DNA of 64,000 nt from Auanema rhodensis (taxonomy: Eukaryota > Animalia > Nematoda). A program made the translations under genes and the position numbers. Where the stretch lies: the NCBI GenBank assembly GCA_964057225.1, contig OZ059900.1, forward strand, positions 15,872,001 through 15,936,000, read 5' to 3'. The notes under the pieces are model-generated. The model saw nothing but the letters and a program-made list of their open reading frames with translations, did not search any database and was not told where the DNA came from. Shown here piece after piece: positions 1 through 13,700 of the stretch (position 1 is its first letter; each line of letters opens with the position of its first letter).

Positions 1-342
1 ATGAAGCATTTTACATGCTGAACACTAGAAAAATACAAAAACACAGTATTTCCCATGAGAAATATTTTATTATGCTGGAAAACCAGTTTTTGGAATTTTC
101 GCTGTAAACAAGGTTTTGACTTACGATTTCATGTGTTCAAACTCATGCAATGTCAATGAAATCTAGCTCAAAATTGTTCCTACAACGTCTAGTTCCACTT
201 TCACGACAAAAAAACAGGGGTTAGAAAATTAAGGAAATTAGCATATTCTGAGGGCACGCCTCTTATGGCTAATATTGATTAAATCGATTTTTGTTCATAT
301 GAGTCGTCAAATGCAACGAATTTCAGCGTGTTACATACTAAA
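1..342 (+). repeat. Representative satellite monomer (342 bp, 114 G+C = 33%)
   Basis: The period is read directly. The monomer has multiple A/T tracts and single ATCGAT (ClaI), CATATG (NdeI) and GAGTC (HinfI) sites. The phase is arbitrary and set at the window start. Confidence 0.98.
47..64. other. 18-bp quasi-palindrome TATTTCCCATGAGAAATA present in each monomer
   Basis: It is one mismatch from perfect self-complementarity and becomes the perfect TATTTCTCATGAGAAATA in a variant class (e.g. 32,878-32,895). Confidence 0.9.
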
Positions 343-3300
343 ATGAAGCATTTTACATGCTGAACACTAGAAAAATACAAAAACACAGTTTTTCCCATGA
401 GAAATATTTTATTATGCTGGAAAACCAGTTTTTGGAAATTTCGCTGTAAACAAGGTTTTGACTTACGATTTCATGTGTTCAAACTCATGCAATGTCAATG
501 AAACCTAGCTCAAAATTGTTCGTACAACGTCTAGTTCCACTTTCACGACAAAAAAACAGGGGTTAGAAAATTTAGGAAATTAGCATATTCTGAGGGCACG
601 CCCCTTATGGCTAATATTGATTAAATCGATTTTTGTTCATATGAGTCGTCAAATGCAACGAATTTCAGCGTGTTACATACTAAAATGAAGTATTTTGCAT
701 GCTGAACACTAGAAAAATACAAAAACACAGTATTTCCCATGAGAAATATTTTATTATGCTGGAAAACCAGTTTTTGGAAATTTCGCTGTAAACAAGGTTT
801 TGACTTACGATTTCATGTGTTCAAACTCATGCAATGTCAATGAAACCTAGCTCAAAATTGTTCCTACAACGTCTAGTTCCACTTTCACGACAAAAAACAG
901 GGGTTAGAAAATTAAGGAAATTAGCATAATCTGAGGGCACGCCCCTTATGGCTAATATTGATTAAATCGATTTTTGTTCATATGAGTCGTCAAATGCAAC
1001 GAATTTCAGCGTGTCACATACTTAAATGAAGCATTTTACATGCTGAACACTAGAAAAATACAAAAACACAGTATTTCCCATGAGAAATATTTTATTATGC
1101 TGGAAAACCACTTTTTGGAAATTTCGCTGTAAACAAGGTTTTGACTTACGATTTCATGTGTTCAAACTCATGCAATGTCAATGAAACCTAGCTCAAAACT
1201 GTTCCTACAACGTCTAGTTCCACTTTCACGACAAAAAAACAGGGGTTAGAAAATTAAGGAAATTAGCATATTCTGAGGGCACGACCCTTATGGCTAATAT
1301 TGATTAAATCGATTTTTGTTCATATGAGTCGTCAAATGCAACGAATTTCAGCGTGTTACATACTAAAATGAAGCATTTTACATGCTGAACACCATAAAAA
1401 TACAAAAACACAGTATTTCCCATGAGAAATATTTTATTATGCTGGAAAACCAGTTTTTGGAAGTTTCGCTGTAAACAAGGTTTTGACTTACGATTTCATG
1501 TGTTCAAACTCATGCAATGTCAATGAAACCTAGCTCAAAATTGTTCCTACAACGTCTAATTCCACTTTCACGACAAAAAAACAGGGGTTAGAAAATTAAG
1601 GAAATTAGCATATTCTGAGGGCACGCCCCTTATGGCTAATATTGATTAAATCGATTTTTGTTCATATGAGTCGTCAAATGCAACGAATTTCAGCGTGTTA
1701 CATACTAAAATGAAGCATTTTACATGCTGAACACTATAAAAATACAAAAACACAGTATTTCCCATGAGAAAGATTTTATTATGCTGGAAAACCAGTTTTT
1801 GGAAATTTCGCTGTAAACAAGGTTTTGACTTACGATTTCATGTGTTCAAACTCATGCAATGTCAATGAAACCTAGCTCAAAATTGTTCGTACAACGTCTA
1901 GTTCCACTTTCACGACAAAAAAACAGGGGTTAGAAAATTAAGGAAATTAGCATATTCTGAGGGCACGCCCCTTATGGCTAATATTGATTTAATCGATTTT
2001 TGTTCATATGAGTCGTCAAATGCAACGAATTTCAGCGTGTTACATACTAAAATGAACCATTTTACATGCTGAACACTAGAAAAATACAAAAACACAGTAT
2101 TTCCCATGAGAAATATTTTATTATGCTGGAAAACCAGTTTTTGGAAATTTCGCTGTAAACAAGGTTTTGACTTACGATTTCATGTGTTCAAACTCATGCA
2201 ATGTCAATGAAACCTAGCTCAAAATTGTTCGTACAACGTCTAGTTCCACTTTCACGACAAAAAAACAGGGGTTAGAAAATTAAGGAAATTAGCATATTCT
2301 GAGGGCACGCCCCTTATGGCTAATATTGATTAAATCGATTTTTGTTCATATGAGTCGTCAAATGCAATTAATTTCAGCGTGTTACATACTAAAATGAAGC
2401 ATTTTACATGCTGAACACTAAAAAAATACAAAAACACAGTATTTCCCATGAGAAATATTTTATTATGCTGGAAAACGAGTTTTTGGAAATTTCGCTGTAA
2501 ACAAGGTTTTGACTTACGATTTCATGTGTTCAAACTCATGCAATGTCAATGAAACCTAGCTCAAAATTGTTCCTACAACGTCTAGTTCCACTTTCACGAC
2601 AAAAAAACAGGGGTTAGAAAATTAAGGAAATTAGCATATTCTGAGGGCACGCCCTTTATGGCTAATATTGATTAAATCGATTTTTGTTCATATGAGTCGT
2701 CAAATGCAACGAATTTCAGCGTGTTACATACTAAAATGAAACATTTTACATGCTGAACACTATAAAAATACAAAAACACAGTATTTCCCATGAGAAATAT
2801 TTTATTATGCTGGAAAACCAGTTTTTGGAAATTTCGCTGTAAACAAGGTTTTGACTTACGATTTCATGTGTTCAAACTCATGCAATGTCAATGAAACCTA
2901 GCTCAAAATTGTTCCTACAACGTCTAGTTCCACTTTCACGACAAAAAAACAGGGGTTAGAAAATTAAGGAAATTAGCATATTCTGAGGGCACGCCCCTTA
3001 TGGCTAATATTGATTAAATCGATTTTTGTTCATATGAGTCGTCAAATGAAACGAATTTCAGCGTGTTACATACTAAAATGAAGCATTTTACATGCTGAAC
3101 ACTAGAAAAATACAAAAACACAGTATTTCCCATGAGAAATATTTTATTATGCTGGAAAACCAGTTTTTGGAAATTTCGCTGTAAACAAGGTTTTGACTTA
3201 CGATTTCATGTGTTCAAACTCATGCAATGTCAATGAAACCTAGCTCAAAATTGTTCCTACAACGTCTAGTTCCACTTTCACGACAACAAAACAGGGGTTA

Positions 3301-4787
3301 GAAAATTAAGGAAATTAGCATATTCTGAGGGCACGCCCCTTATGGCTAATATTGATTAAATCGATTTTTGTTCATATGAGTCGTCAAATGCAACGAATTT
3401 CAGCGTGTTACATACTAAAATGAAGCATTTCACATGCTGAACACTAAAAAAATACAAAAACACAGTATTTCCTATGAGAAATATTTTATTATGCTGGAAA
3501 ACCAGTTTTTGGAAATTTCGCTGTAAACAAGGTTTTGACTTACGATTTCATGTGTTCAAACTCATGCAATGTCAATGAAACCTAGCTCAAAATTGTTCCT
3601 ACAACGTCTAGTTCCACTTTCACGACAAAAAAACAGGGGTTAGAAAATTAAGGAAATTAGCATATTCTGAGGGCACGCCTCTTATGGCTAATATTGATTA
3701 AATCGATTTTTGTTCATATGAGTCGTCAAATGCAACGAATTTCAGCGTGTTACATACTAAAATGAAGCATTTTACATGCTGAACACTATAAAAATACAAA
3801 AACACAGTATTTCCCATGAGAAATATTTTATTATGCTGGAAAACCAGTTTTTGGAAATTTCGCTGTAAACAAGGTTTTGACTTACGATTTCATGTGTTCA
3901 AACTCATGCAATGTCAATGAAACCTAGCTCAAAATTGTTCCTACAACGTCTAGTTCCACTTTCACGACAACAAAACAGGGGTTAGAAAATTAAGGAAATT
4001 AGCATATTCTGAGGGCACGCCCCTTATGGCTAATATTGATTAAATCGATTTTTGTTCATATGAGTCGTCAAATGCAACGAATTTCAGCGTGTTACATACT
4101 AAAATGAAGCATTTCACATGCTGAACACTAGAAAAATACAAAAACACAGTATTTCCCATGAGAAATATTTTATTATGCTGGAAAACCAGTTTTTGGAAAT
4201 TTCGCTGTAAACAAGGTTTTGACTTACGATTTCATGTGTTCAAACTCATGCAATGTCAATGAAACCTAGCTCAAAATTGTTCGTACAACGTCTAGTTCCA
4301 CTTTCACGACAAAAAAACAGGGGTTAGAAAATTGAGGAAATTAGCATATTCTGAGGGCACGCCCCTTATGGCTAATATTGATTAAATCGATTTTTGTTCA
4401 TATGAGTCGTCAAATGCAATTAATTTCAGCGTGTCACATACTAAAATGAAGCATTTTACATGCTGAACACTAAAAAAATACAAAAACACAGTATTTCCCA
4501 TGAGAAATATTTTATTATGCTGGAAAACGAGTTTTTGGAAATTTCGCTGTAAACAAGGTTTTGACTTACGATTTCATGTGTTCAAACTCATGCAATGTCA
4601 ATGAAATCTAGCTCAAAATTGTTCCTACAACGTCTAGTTCCACTTTCACGACAAAAAAACAGGGGTTAGAAAATTAAGGAAATTAGCAGATTCTGAGGGC
4701 ACGCCCTTTATGGCTTATATTGATTAAATCGATTTTTGTTCATATGAGTCGTCAAATGCAACGAATTTCAGCGTGTTACATACTAAA

Positions 4788-7700
4788 ATGAAACATTTTA
4801 CATGCTGAACACTATAAAAATACAAAAACACAGTATTTCCCATGAGAAATATTTTATTATGCTGGAAAACCAGTTTTTGGAAATTTCGCTGTAAACAAGG
4901 TTTTGACTTACGATTTCATGTGTTCAAACTCATGCAATGTCAATGAAACCTAGCTCAAAATTGTTCGTACAACGTCTAGTTCCACTTTCACGACAAAAAA
5001 ACAGGGGTTAGAAAATTGAGGAAATTAGCATATTCTGAGGGCACGCCCCTTATGGCTAATATTGATTAAATCGATTTTTGTTCATATGAGTCGTCAAATG
5101 CAATTAATTTCAGCGTGTCACATACTAAAATGAAGCATTTTACATGCTGAACACTAAAAAAATACAAAAACACAGTATTTCCCATGAGAAATATTTTATT
5201 ATGCTGGAAAACGAGTTTTTGGAAATTTCGCTGTAAACAAGGTTTTGACTTACGATTTCATGTGTTCAAACTCATGCAATGTCAATGAAATCTAGCTCAA
5301 AATTGTTCCTACAACGTCTAGTTCCACTTTCACGACAAAAAAACAGGGGTTAGAAAATTAAGGAAATTAGCAGATTCTGAGGGCACGCCCTTTATGGCTT
5401 ATATTGATTAAATCGATTTTTGTTCATATGAGTCGTCAAATGCAACGAATTTCAGCGTGTTACATACTAAAATGAAACATTTTACATGCTGAACACTATA
5501 AAAATACAAAAACACAGTATTTCCCATGAGAAATATTTTATTATGCTGGAAAACCAGTTTTTGGAAATTTCGCTGTAAACAAGGTTTTGACTTACGATTT
5601 CATGTGTTCAAACTCATGCAATGTCAATGAAACCTAGCTCAAAATTGTTCCTACAACGTCTAGTTCCACTTTCACGACAACAAAACAGGGGTTAGAAAAT
5701 TAAGGAAATTAGCATAATCTGAGGGCACGCCCTTTATGGCTAATATTGATTAAATCGATTTTTGTTCATATGAGTCGTCAAATGCAACGAATTTCAGCGT
5801 GTTACATACTAAAATGAAACATTTTACATGCTGAACACTATAAAAATACAAAAACACAGTATTTCCCATGAGAAATATTTTATTATGCTGGAAAACCAGT
5901 TTTTGGAAATTTCGCTGTAAACAAGGTTTTGACTTACGATTTCATGTGTTCAAACTCATGCAATGTCAATGAAATCTAGCTCGAAATTGTTCCTACAACG
6001 TCTAGTTCCACTTTCACGACAAAAAAACAGGGGTTAGAAAATTAAGGAAATTAGCATATTCTGAGGGCACGCCCTTTATGGCTAATATTGATTAAATCGA
6101 TTTTTGTTCATATGAGTCGTCAAATGAAACGAATTTCAGCGTGTTACATACTAAAATGAAGCATTTTACATGCTGAACACTAGAAAAATACAAAAACACA
6201 GTATTTCCCATGAGAAATATTTTATTATGCTGGAAAACCAGTTTTTGGAAATTTCGCTGTAAACAAGGTTTTGACTTACGATTTCATGTGTTCAAACTCA
6301 TGCAATGTCAATGAAACCTAGCTCAAAATTGTTCCTACAACGTCTAGTTCCACTTTCACGACAACAAAACAGGGGTTAGAAAATTAAGGAAATTAGCATA
6401 TTCTGAGGGCACGCCCCTTATGGCTAATATTGATTAAATCGATTTTTGTTCATATGAGTCGTCAAATGCAACGAATTTCAGCGTGTTACATACTAAAATG
6501 AAGCATTTCACATGCTGAACACTAGAAAAATACAAAAACACAGTATTTCCTATGAGAAATATTTTATTATGCTGGAAAACCAGTTTTTGGAAATTTCGCT
6601 GTAAACAAGGTTTTGACTTACGATTTCATGTGTTCAAACTCATGCAATGTCAATGAAACCTAGCTCAAAATTGTTCCTACAACGTCTAGTTCCACTTTCA
6701 CGACAAAAAAACAGGGGTTAGAAAATTAAGGAAATTAGCATATTCTGAGGGCACGCCTCTTATGGCTAATATTGATTAAATCGATTTTTGTTCATATGAG
6801 TCGTCAAATGCAACGAATTTCAGCGTGTTACATACTAAAATGAAGCATTTTACATGCTGAACACTATAAAAATACAAAAACACAGTATTTCCCATGAGAA
6901 ATATTTTATTATGCTGGAAAACCAGTTTTTGGAAATTTCGCTGTAAACAAGGTTTTGACTTACGATTTCATGTGTTCAAACTCATGCAATGTCAATGAAA
7001 CCTAGCTCAAAATTGTTCCTACAACGTCTAGTTCCACTTTCACGACAACAAAACAGGGGTTAGAAAATTAAGGAAATTAGCATATTCTGAGGGCACGCCC
7101 CTTATGGCTAATATTGATTAAATCGATTTTTGTTCATATGAGTCGTCAAATGCAACGAATTTCAGCGTGTTACATACTAAAATGAAGCATTTCACATGCT
7201 GAACACTAGAAAAATACAAAAACACAGTATTTCCCATGAGAAATATTTTATTATGCTGGAAAACCAGTTTTTGGAAATTTCGCTGTAAACAAGGTTTTGA
7301 CTTACGATTTCATGTGTTCAAACTCATGCAATGTCAATGAAACCTAGCTCAAAATTGTTGGTACAACGTCTAGTTCCACTTTCACGACAAAAAAACAGGG
7401 GTTAGAAAATTGAGGAAATTAGCATAATCTGAGGGCACGCCCCTTATGGCTAATATTGATTAAATCGATTTTTGTTCATATGAGTCGTCAAATGCAATTA
7501 ATTTCAGCGTGTCACATACTAAAATGAAGCATTTTACATGCTGAACACTAAAAAAATACAAAAACACAGTATTTCCCATGAGAAATATTTTATTATGCTG
7601 GAAAACGAGTTTTTGGAAATTTCGCTGTAAACAAGGTTTTGACTTACGATTTCATGTGTTCAAACTCATGCAATGTCAATGAAATCTAGCTCAAAATTGT

Positions 7701-10700
7701 TCCTACAACGTCTAGTTCCACTTTCACGACAAAAAAACAGGGGTTAGAAAATTAAGGAAATTAGCAGATTCTGAGGGCACGCCCTTTATGGCTTATATTG
7801 ATTAAATCGATTTTTGTTCATATGAGTCGTCAAATGCAACGAATTTCAGCGTGTTACATACTAAAATGAAACATTTTACATGCTGAACACTATAAAAATA
7901 CAAAAACACAGTATTTCCCATGAGAAATATTTTATTATGCTGGAAAACCAGTTTTTGGAAATTTCGCTGTAAACAAGGTTTTGACTTACGATTTCATGTG
8001 TTCAAACTCATGCAATGTCAATGAAACCTAGCTCAAAATTGTTCCTACAACGTCTAGTTCCACTTTCACGACAACAAAACAGGGGTTAGAAAATTAAGGA
8101 AATTAGCATAATCTGAGGGCACGCCCCTTATGGCTAATATTGATTAAATCGATTTTTGTTCATATGAGTCGTCAAATGCAATTAATTTCAGCGTGTCACA
8201 TACTAAAATGAAGCATTTTACATGCTGAACACTAAAAAAATACAAAAACACAGTATTTCCCATGAGAAATATTTTATTATGCTGGAAAACGAGTTTTTGG
8301 AAATTTCGCTGTAAACAAGGTTTTGACTTACGATTTCATGTGTTCAAACTCATGCAATGTCAATGAAATCTAGCTCGAAATTGTTCCTACAACGTCTAGT
8401 TCCACTTTCACGACAAAAAAACAGGGGTTAGAAAATTAAGGAAATTAGCAGATTCTGAGGGCACGCCCTTTATGGCTTATATTGATTAAATCGATTTTTG
8501 TTCATATGAGTCGTCAAATGCAACGAATTTCAGCGTGTTACATACTAAAATGAAGCATTTTACATGCTGAACACTAGAAAAATACAAAAACACAGTATTT
8601 CCCATGAGAAATATTTTATTATGCTGGAAAACCAGTTTTTGGAAATTTCGCTGTAAACAAGGTTTTGACTTACGATTTCATGTGTTCAAACTCATGCAAT
8701 GTCAATGAAACCTAGCTCAAAATTGTTCGTACAACGTCTAGTTCCACTTTCACGACAAAAAAACAGGGGTTAGAAAATTAAGGAAATTAGCATATTCTGA
8801 GGGCACGCCCCTTATGGCTAATATTGATTAAATCGATTTTTGTTCATATGAGTCGTCAAATGCAACGAATTTCAGCGTGTTACATACTAAAATGAAGCAT
8901 TTTACATGCTGAACACTAAAAAAATACAAAAACACAGTATTTCCCATGAGAAATATTTTATTATGCTGGAAAACGAGTTTTTGGAAATTTCGCTGTAAAC
9001 AAGGTTTTGACTTACGATTTCATGTGTTCAAACTCATGCAATGTCAATGAAACCTAGCTCAAAATTGTTCCTACAACGTCTAGTTCCACTTTCACGACAA
9101 AAAAACAGGGGTTAGAAAATTAAGGAAATTAGCATATTCTGAGGGCACGCCCTTTATGGCTAATATTGATTAAATCGATTTTTGTTCATATGAGTCGTCA
9201 AATGCAACGAATTTCAGCGTGTTACATACTAAAATGAAACATTTTACATGCTGAACACTATAAAAATACAAAAACACAGTATTTCCCATGAGAAATATTT
9301 TATTATGCTGGAAAACGAGTTTTTGGAAATTTCGCTGTAAACAAGGTTTTGACTTACGATTTCATGTGTTCAAACTCATGCAATGTCAATGAAACCTAGC
9401 TCAAAATTGTTCCTACAACGTCTAGTTCCACTTTCACGACAACAAAACAGGGGTTAGAAAATTAAGGAAATTAGCATATTCTGAGGGCACGCCCCTTATG
9501 GCTAATATTGATTAAATCGATTTTTGTTCATATGAGTCGTCAAATGCAACGAATTTCAGCGTGTTACATACTAAAATGAAGCATTTCACATGCTGAACAC
9601 TAGAAAAATACAAAAACACAGTATTTCCCATGAGAAATATTTTATTATGCTGGAAAACCAGTTTTTGGAAATTTCGCTGTAAACAAGGTTTTGACTTACG
9701 ATTTCATGTGTTCAAACTCATGCAATGTCAATGAAACCTAGCTCAAAATTGTTCCTACAACGTCTAGTTCCACTTTCACGACAACAAAACAGGGGTTAGA
9801 AAATTAAGGAAATTAGCATATTCTGAGGGCACGCCCCTTATGGCTAATATTGATTAAATCGATTTTTGTTCATATGAGTCGTCAAATGCAACGAATTTCA
9901 GCGTGTTACATACTAAAATGAAACATTTTACATGCTGAACACTATAAAAATACAAAAACACAGTATTTCCCATGAGAAATATTTTATTATGCTGGAAAAC
10001 GAGTTTTTGGAAATTTCGCTGTAAACAAGGTTTTGACTTACGATTTCATGTGTTCAAACTCATGCAATGTCAATGAAACCTAGCTCAAAATTGTTCCTAC
10101 AACGTCTAGTTCCACTTTCACGACAAAAAAACAGGGGTTAGAAAATTAAGGAAATTAGCATATTCTGAGGGCACGCCCCTTATGGCTAATATTGATTAAA
10201 TCGATTTTTGTTCATATGAGTCGTCAAATGAAACGAATTTCAGCGTGTTACATACTAAAATGAAGCATTTTACATGCTGAACACTAGAAAAATACAAAAA
10301 CACAGTATTTCCCATGAGAAATATTTTATTATGCTGGAAAACCAGTTTTTGGAAATTTCGCTGTAAACAAGGTTTTGACTTACGATTTCATGTGTTCAAA
10401 CTCATGCAATGTCAATGAAACCTAGCTCAAAATTGTTCCTACAACGTCTAGTTCCACTTTCACGACAACAAAACAGGGGTTAGAAAATTAAGGAAATTAG
10501 CATATTCTGAGGGCACGCCCCTTATGGCTAATATTGATTAAATCGATTTTTGTTCATATGAGTCGTCAAATGCAACGAATTTCAGCGTGTTACATACTAA
10601 AATGAAGCATTTCACATGCTGAACACTAGAAAAATACAAAAACACAGTATTTCCCATGAGAAATATTTTATTATGCTGGAAAACCAGTTTTTGGAAATTT

Positions 10701-13700
10701 CGCTGTAAACAAGGTTTTGACTTACGATTTCATGTGTTCAAACTCATGCAATGTCAATGAAACCTAGCTCAAAATTGTTCCTACAACGTCTAGTTCCACT
10801 TTCACGACAACAAAACAGGGGTTAGAAAATTAAGGAAATTAGCATATTCTGAGGGCACGCCCCTTATGGCTAATATTGATTAAATCGATTTTTGTTCATA
10901 TGAGTCGTCAAATGCAACGAATTTCAGCGTGTTACATACTAAAATGAAGCATTTCACATGCTGAACACTAGAAAAATACAAAAACACAGTATTTCCTATG
11001 AGAAATATTTTATTATGCTGGAAAACCAGTTTTTGGAAATTTCGCTGTAAACAAGGTTTTGACTTACGATTTCATGTGTTCAAACTCATGCAATGTCAAT
11101 GAAACCTAGCTCAAAATTGTTCCTACAACGTCTAGTTCCACTTTCACGACAAAAAAACAGGGGTTAGAAAATTAAGGAAATTAGCATATTCTGAGGGCAC
11201 GCCTCTTATGGCTAATATTGATTAAATCGATTTTTGTTCATATGAGTCGTCAAATGCAACGAATTTCAGCGTGTTACATACTAAAATGAAGCATTTTACA
11301 TGCTGAACACTATAAAAATACAAAAACACAGTATTTCCCATGAGAAATATTTTATTATGCTGGAAAACCAGTTTTTGGAAATTTCGCTGTAAACAAGGTT
11401 TTGACTTACGATTTCATGTGTTCAAACTCATGCAATGTCAATGAAACCTAGCTCAAAATTGTTCCTACAACGTCTAGTTCCACTTTCACGACAACAAAAC
11501 AGGGGTTAGAAAATTAAGGAAATTAGCATATTCTGAGGGCACGCCCCTTATGGCTAATATTGATTAAATCGATTTTTGTTCATATGAGTCGTCAAATGCA
11601 ACGAATTTCAGCGTGTTACATACTAAAATGAAGCATTTCACATGCTGAACACTAGAAAAATACAAAAACACAGTATTTCCCATGAGAAATATTTTATTAT
11701 GCTGGAAAACCAGTTTTTGGAAATTTCGCTGTAAACAAGGTTTTGACTTACGATTTCATGTGTTCAAACTCATGCAATGTCAATGAAACCTAGCTCAAAA
11801 TTGTTCCTACAACGTCTAGTTCCACTTTCACGACAACAAAACAGGGGTTAGAAAATTAAGGAAATTAGCATATTCTGAGGGCACGCCCCTTATGGCTAAT
11901 ATTGATTAAATCGATTTTTGTTCATATGAGTCGTCAAATGCAACGAATTTCAGCGTGTTACATACTAAAATGAAGCATTTCACATGCTGAACACTAGAAA
12001 AATACAAAAACACAGTATTTCCTATGAGAAATATTTTATTATGCTGGAAAACCAGTTTTTGGAAATTTCGCTGTAAACAAGGTTTTGACTTACGATTTCA
12101 TGTGTTCAAACTCATGCAATGTCAATGAAACCTAGCTCAAAATTGTTCCTACAACGTCTAGTTCCACTTTCACGACAAAAAAACAGGGGTTAGAAAATTA
12201 AGGAAATTAGCATATTCTGAGGGCACGCCTCTTATGGCTAATATTGATTAAATCGATTTTTGTTCATATGAGTCGTCAAATGCAACGAATTTCAGCGTGT
12301 TACATACTAAAATGAAGCATTTTACATGCTGAACACTATAAAAATACAAAAACACAGTATTTCCCATGAGAAATATTTTATTATGCTGGAAAACCAGTTT
12401 TTGGAAATTTCGCTGTAAACAAGGTTTTGACTTACGATTTCATGTGTTCAAACTCATGCAATGTCAATGAAACCTAGCTCAAAATTGTTCCTACAACGTC
12501 TAGTTCCACTTTCACGACAACAAAACAGGGGTTAGAAAATTAAGGAAATTAGCATATTCTGAGGGCACGCCCCTTATGGCTAATATTGATTAAATCGATT
12601 TTTGTTCATATGAGTCGTCAAATGCAACGAATTTCAGCGTGTTACATACTAAAATGAAGCATTTCACATGCTGAACACTAGAAAAATACAAAAACACAGT
12701 ATTTCCCATGAGAAATATTTTATTATGCTGGAAAACCAGTTTTTGGAAATTTCGCTGTAAACAAGGTTTTGACTTACGATTTCATGTGTTCAAACTCATG
12801 CAATGTCAATGAAACCTAGCTCAAAATTGTTGGTACAACGTCTAGTTCCACTTTCACGACAAAAAAACAGGGGTTAGAAAATTGAGGAAATTAGCATAAT
12901 CTGAGGGCACGCCCCTTATGGCTAATATTGATTAAATCGATTTTTGTTCATATGAGTCGTCAAATGCAATTAATTTCAGCGTGTCACATACTAAAATGAA
13001 GCATTTTACATGCTGAACACTAAAAAAATACAAAAACACAGTATTTCCCATGAGAAATATTTTATTATGCTGGAAAACGAGTTTTTGGAAATTTCGCTGT
13101 AAACAAGGTTTTGACTTACGATTTCATGTGTTCAAACTCATGCAATGTCAATGAAATCTAGCTCGAAATTGTTCCTACAACGTCTAGTTCCACTTTCACG
13201 ACAAAAAAACAGGGGTTAGAAAATTAAGGAAATTAGCAGATTCTGAGGGCACGCCCTTTATGGCTTATATTGATTAAATCGATTTTTGTTCATATGAGTC
13301 GTCAAATGCAACGAATTTCAGCGTGTTACATACTAAAATGAAACATTTTACATGCTGAACACTATAAAAATACAAAAACACAGTATTTCCCATGAGAAAT
13401 ATTTTATTATGCTGGAAAACCAGTTTTTGGAAATTTCGCTGTAAACAAGGTTTTGACTTACGATTTCATGTGTTCAAACTAATGCAATGTCAATGAAACC
13501 TAGCTCAAAATTGTTCGTACAACGTCTAGTTCCACTTTCACGACAAAAAAACAGGGGTTAGAAAATTAAGGAAATTAGCATATTCTGAGGGCACGCCCCT
13601 TATGGCTAATATTGATTAAATCGATTTTTGTTCATATGAGTCGTCAAATGCAACGAATTTCAGCGTGTTACATACTAAAATGAAGCATTTTACATGCTGA

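Noticed and set aside
217-224. GGGGTTAG telomere-like or G-quadruplex motif
   Set aside because: It is a single copy per monomer, not tandem, and there are too few clustered G-runs for a canonical G4.
1-342. 5S rRNA, tRNA or spliced-leader tandem gene unit
   Set aside because: I found no recognisable RNA gene sequence, cloverleaf or Pol III box A/B/C pattern in the AT-rich monomer. An Rfam/Infernal scan would confirm.
1910-2107. 65-aa minus-strand ORF
   Set aside because: It lies wholly within satellite monomers and is open only because a private A>T at 1,990 removes a stop present in the other copies. It has no recognisable protein features.
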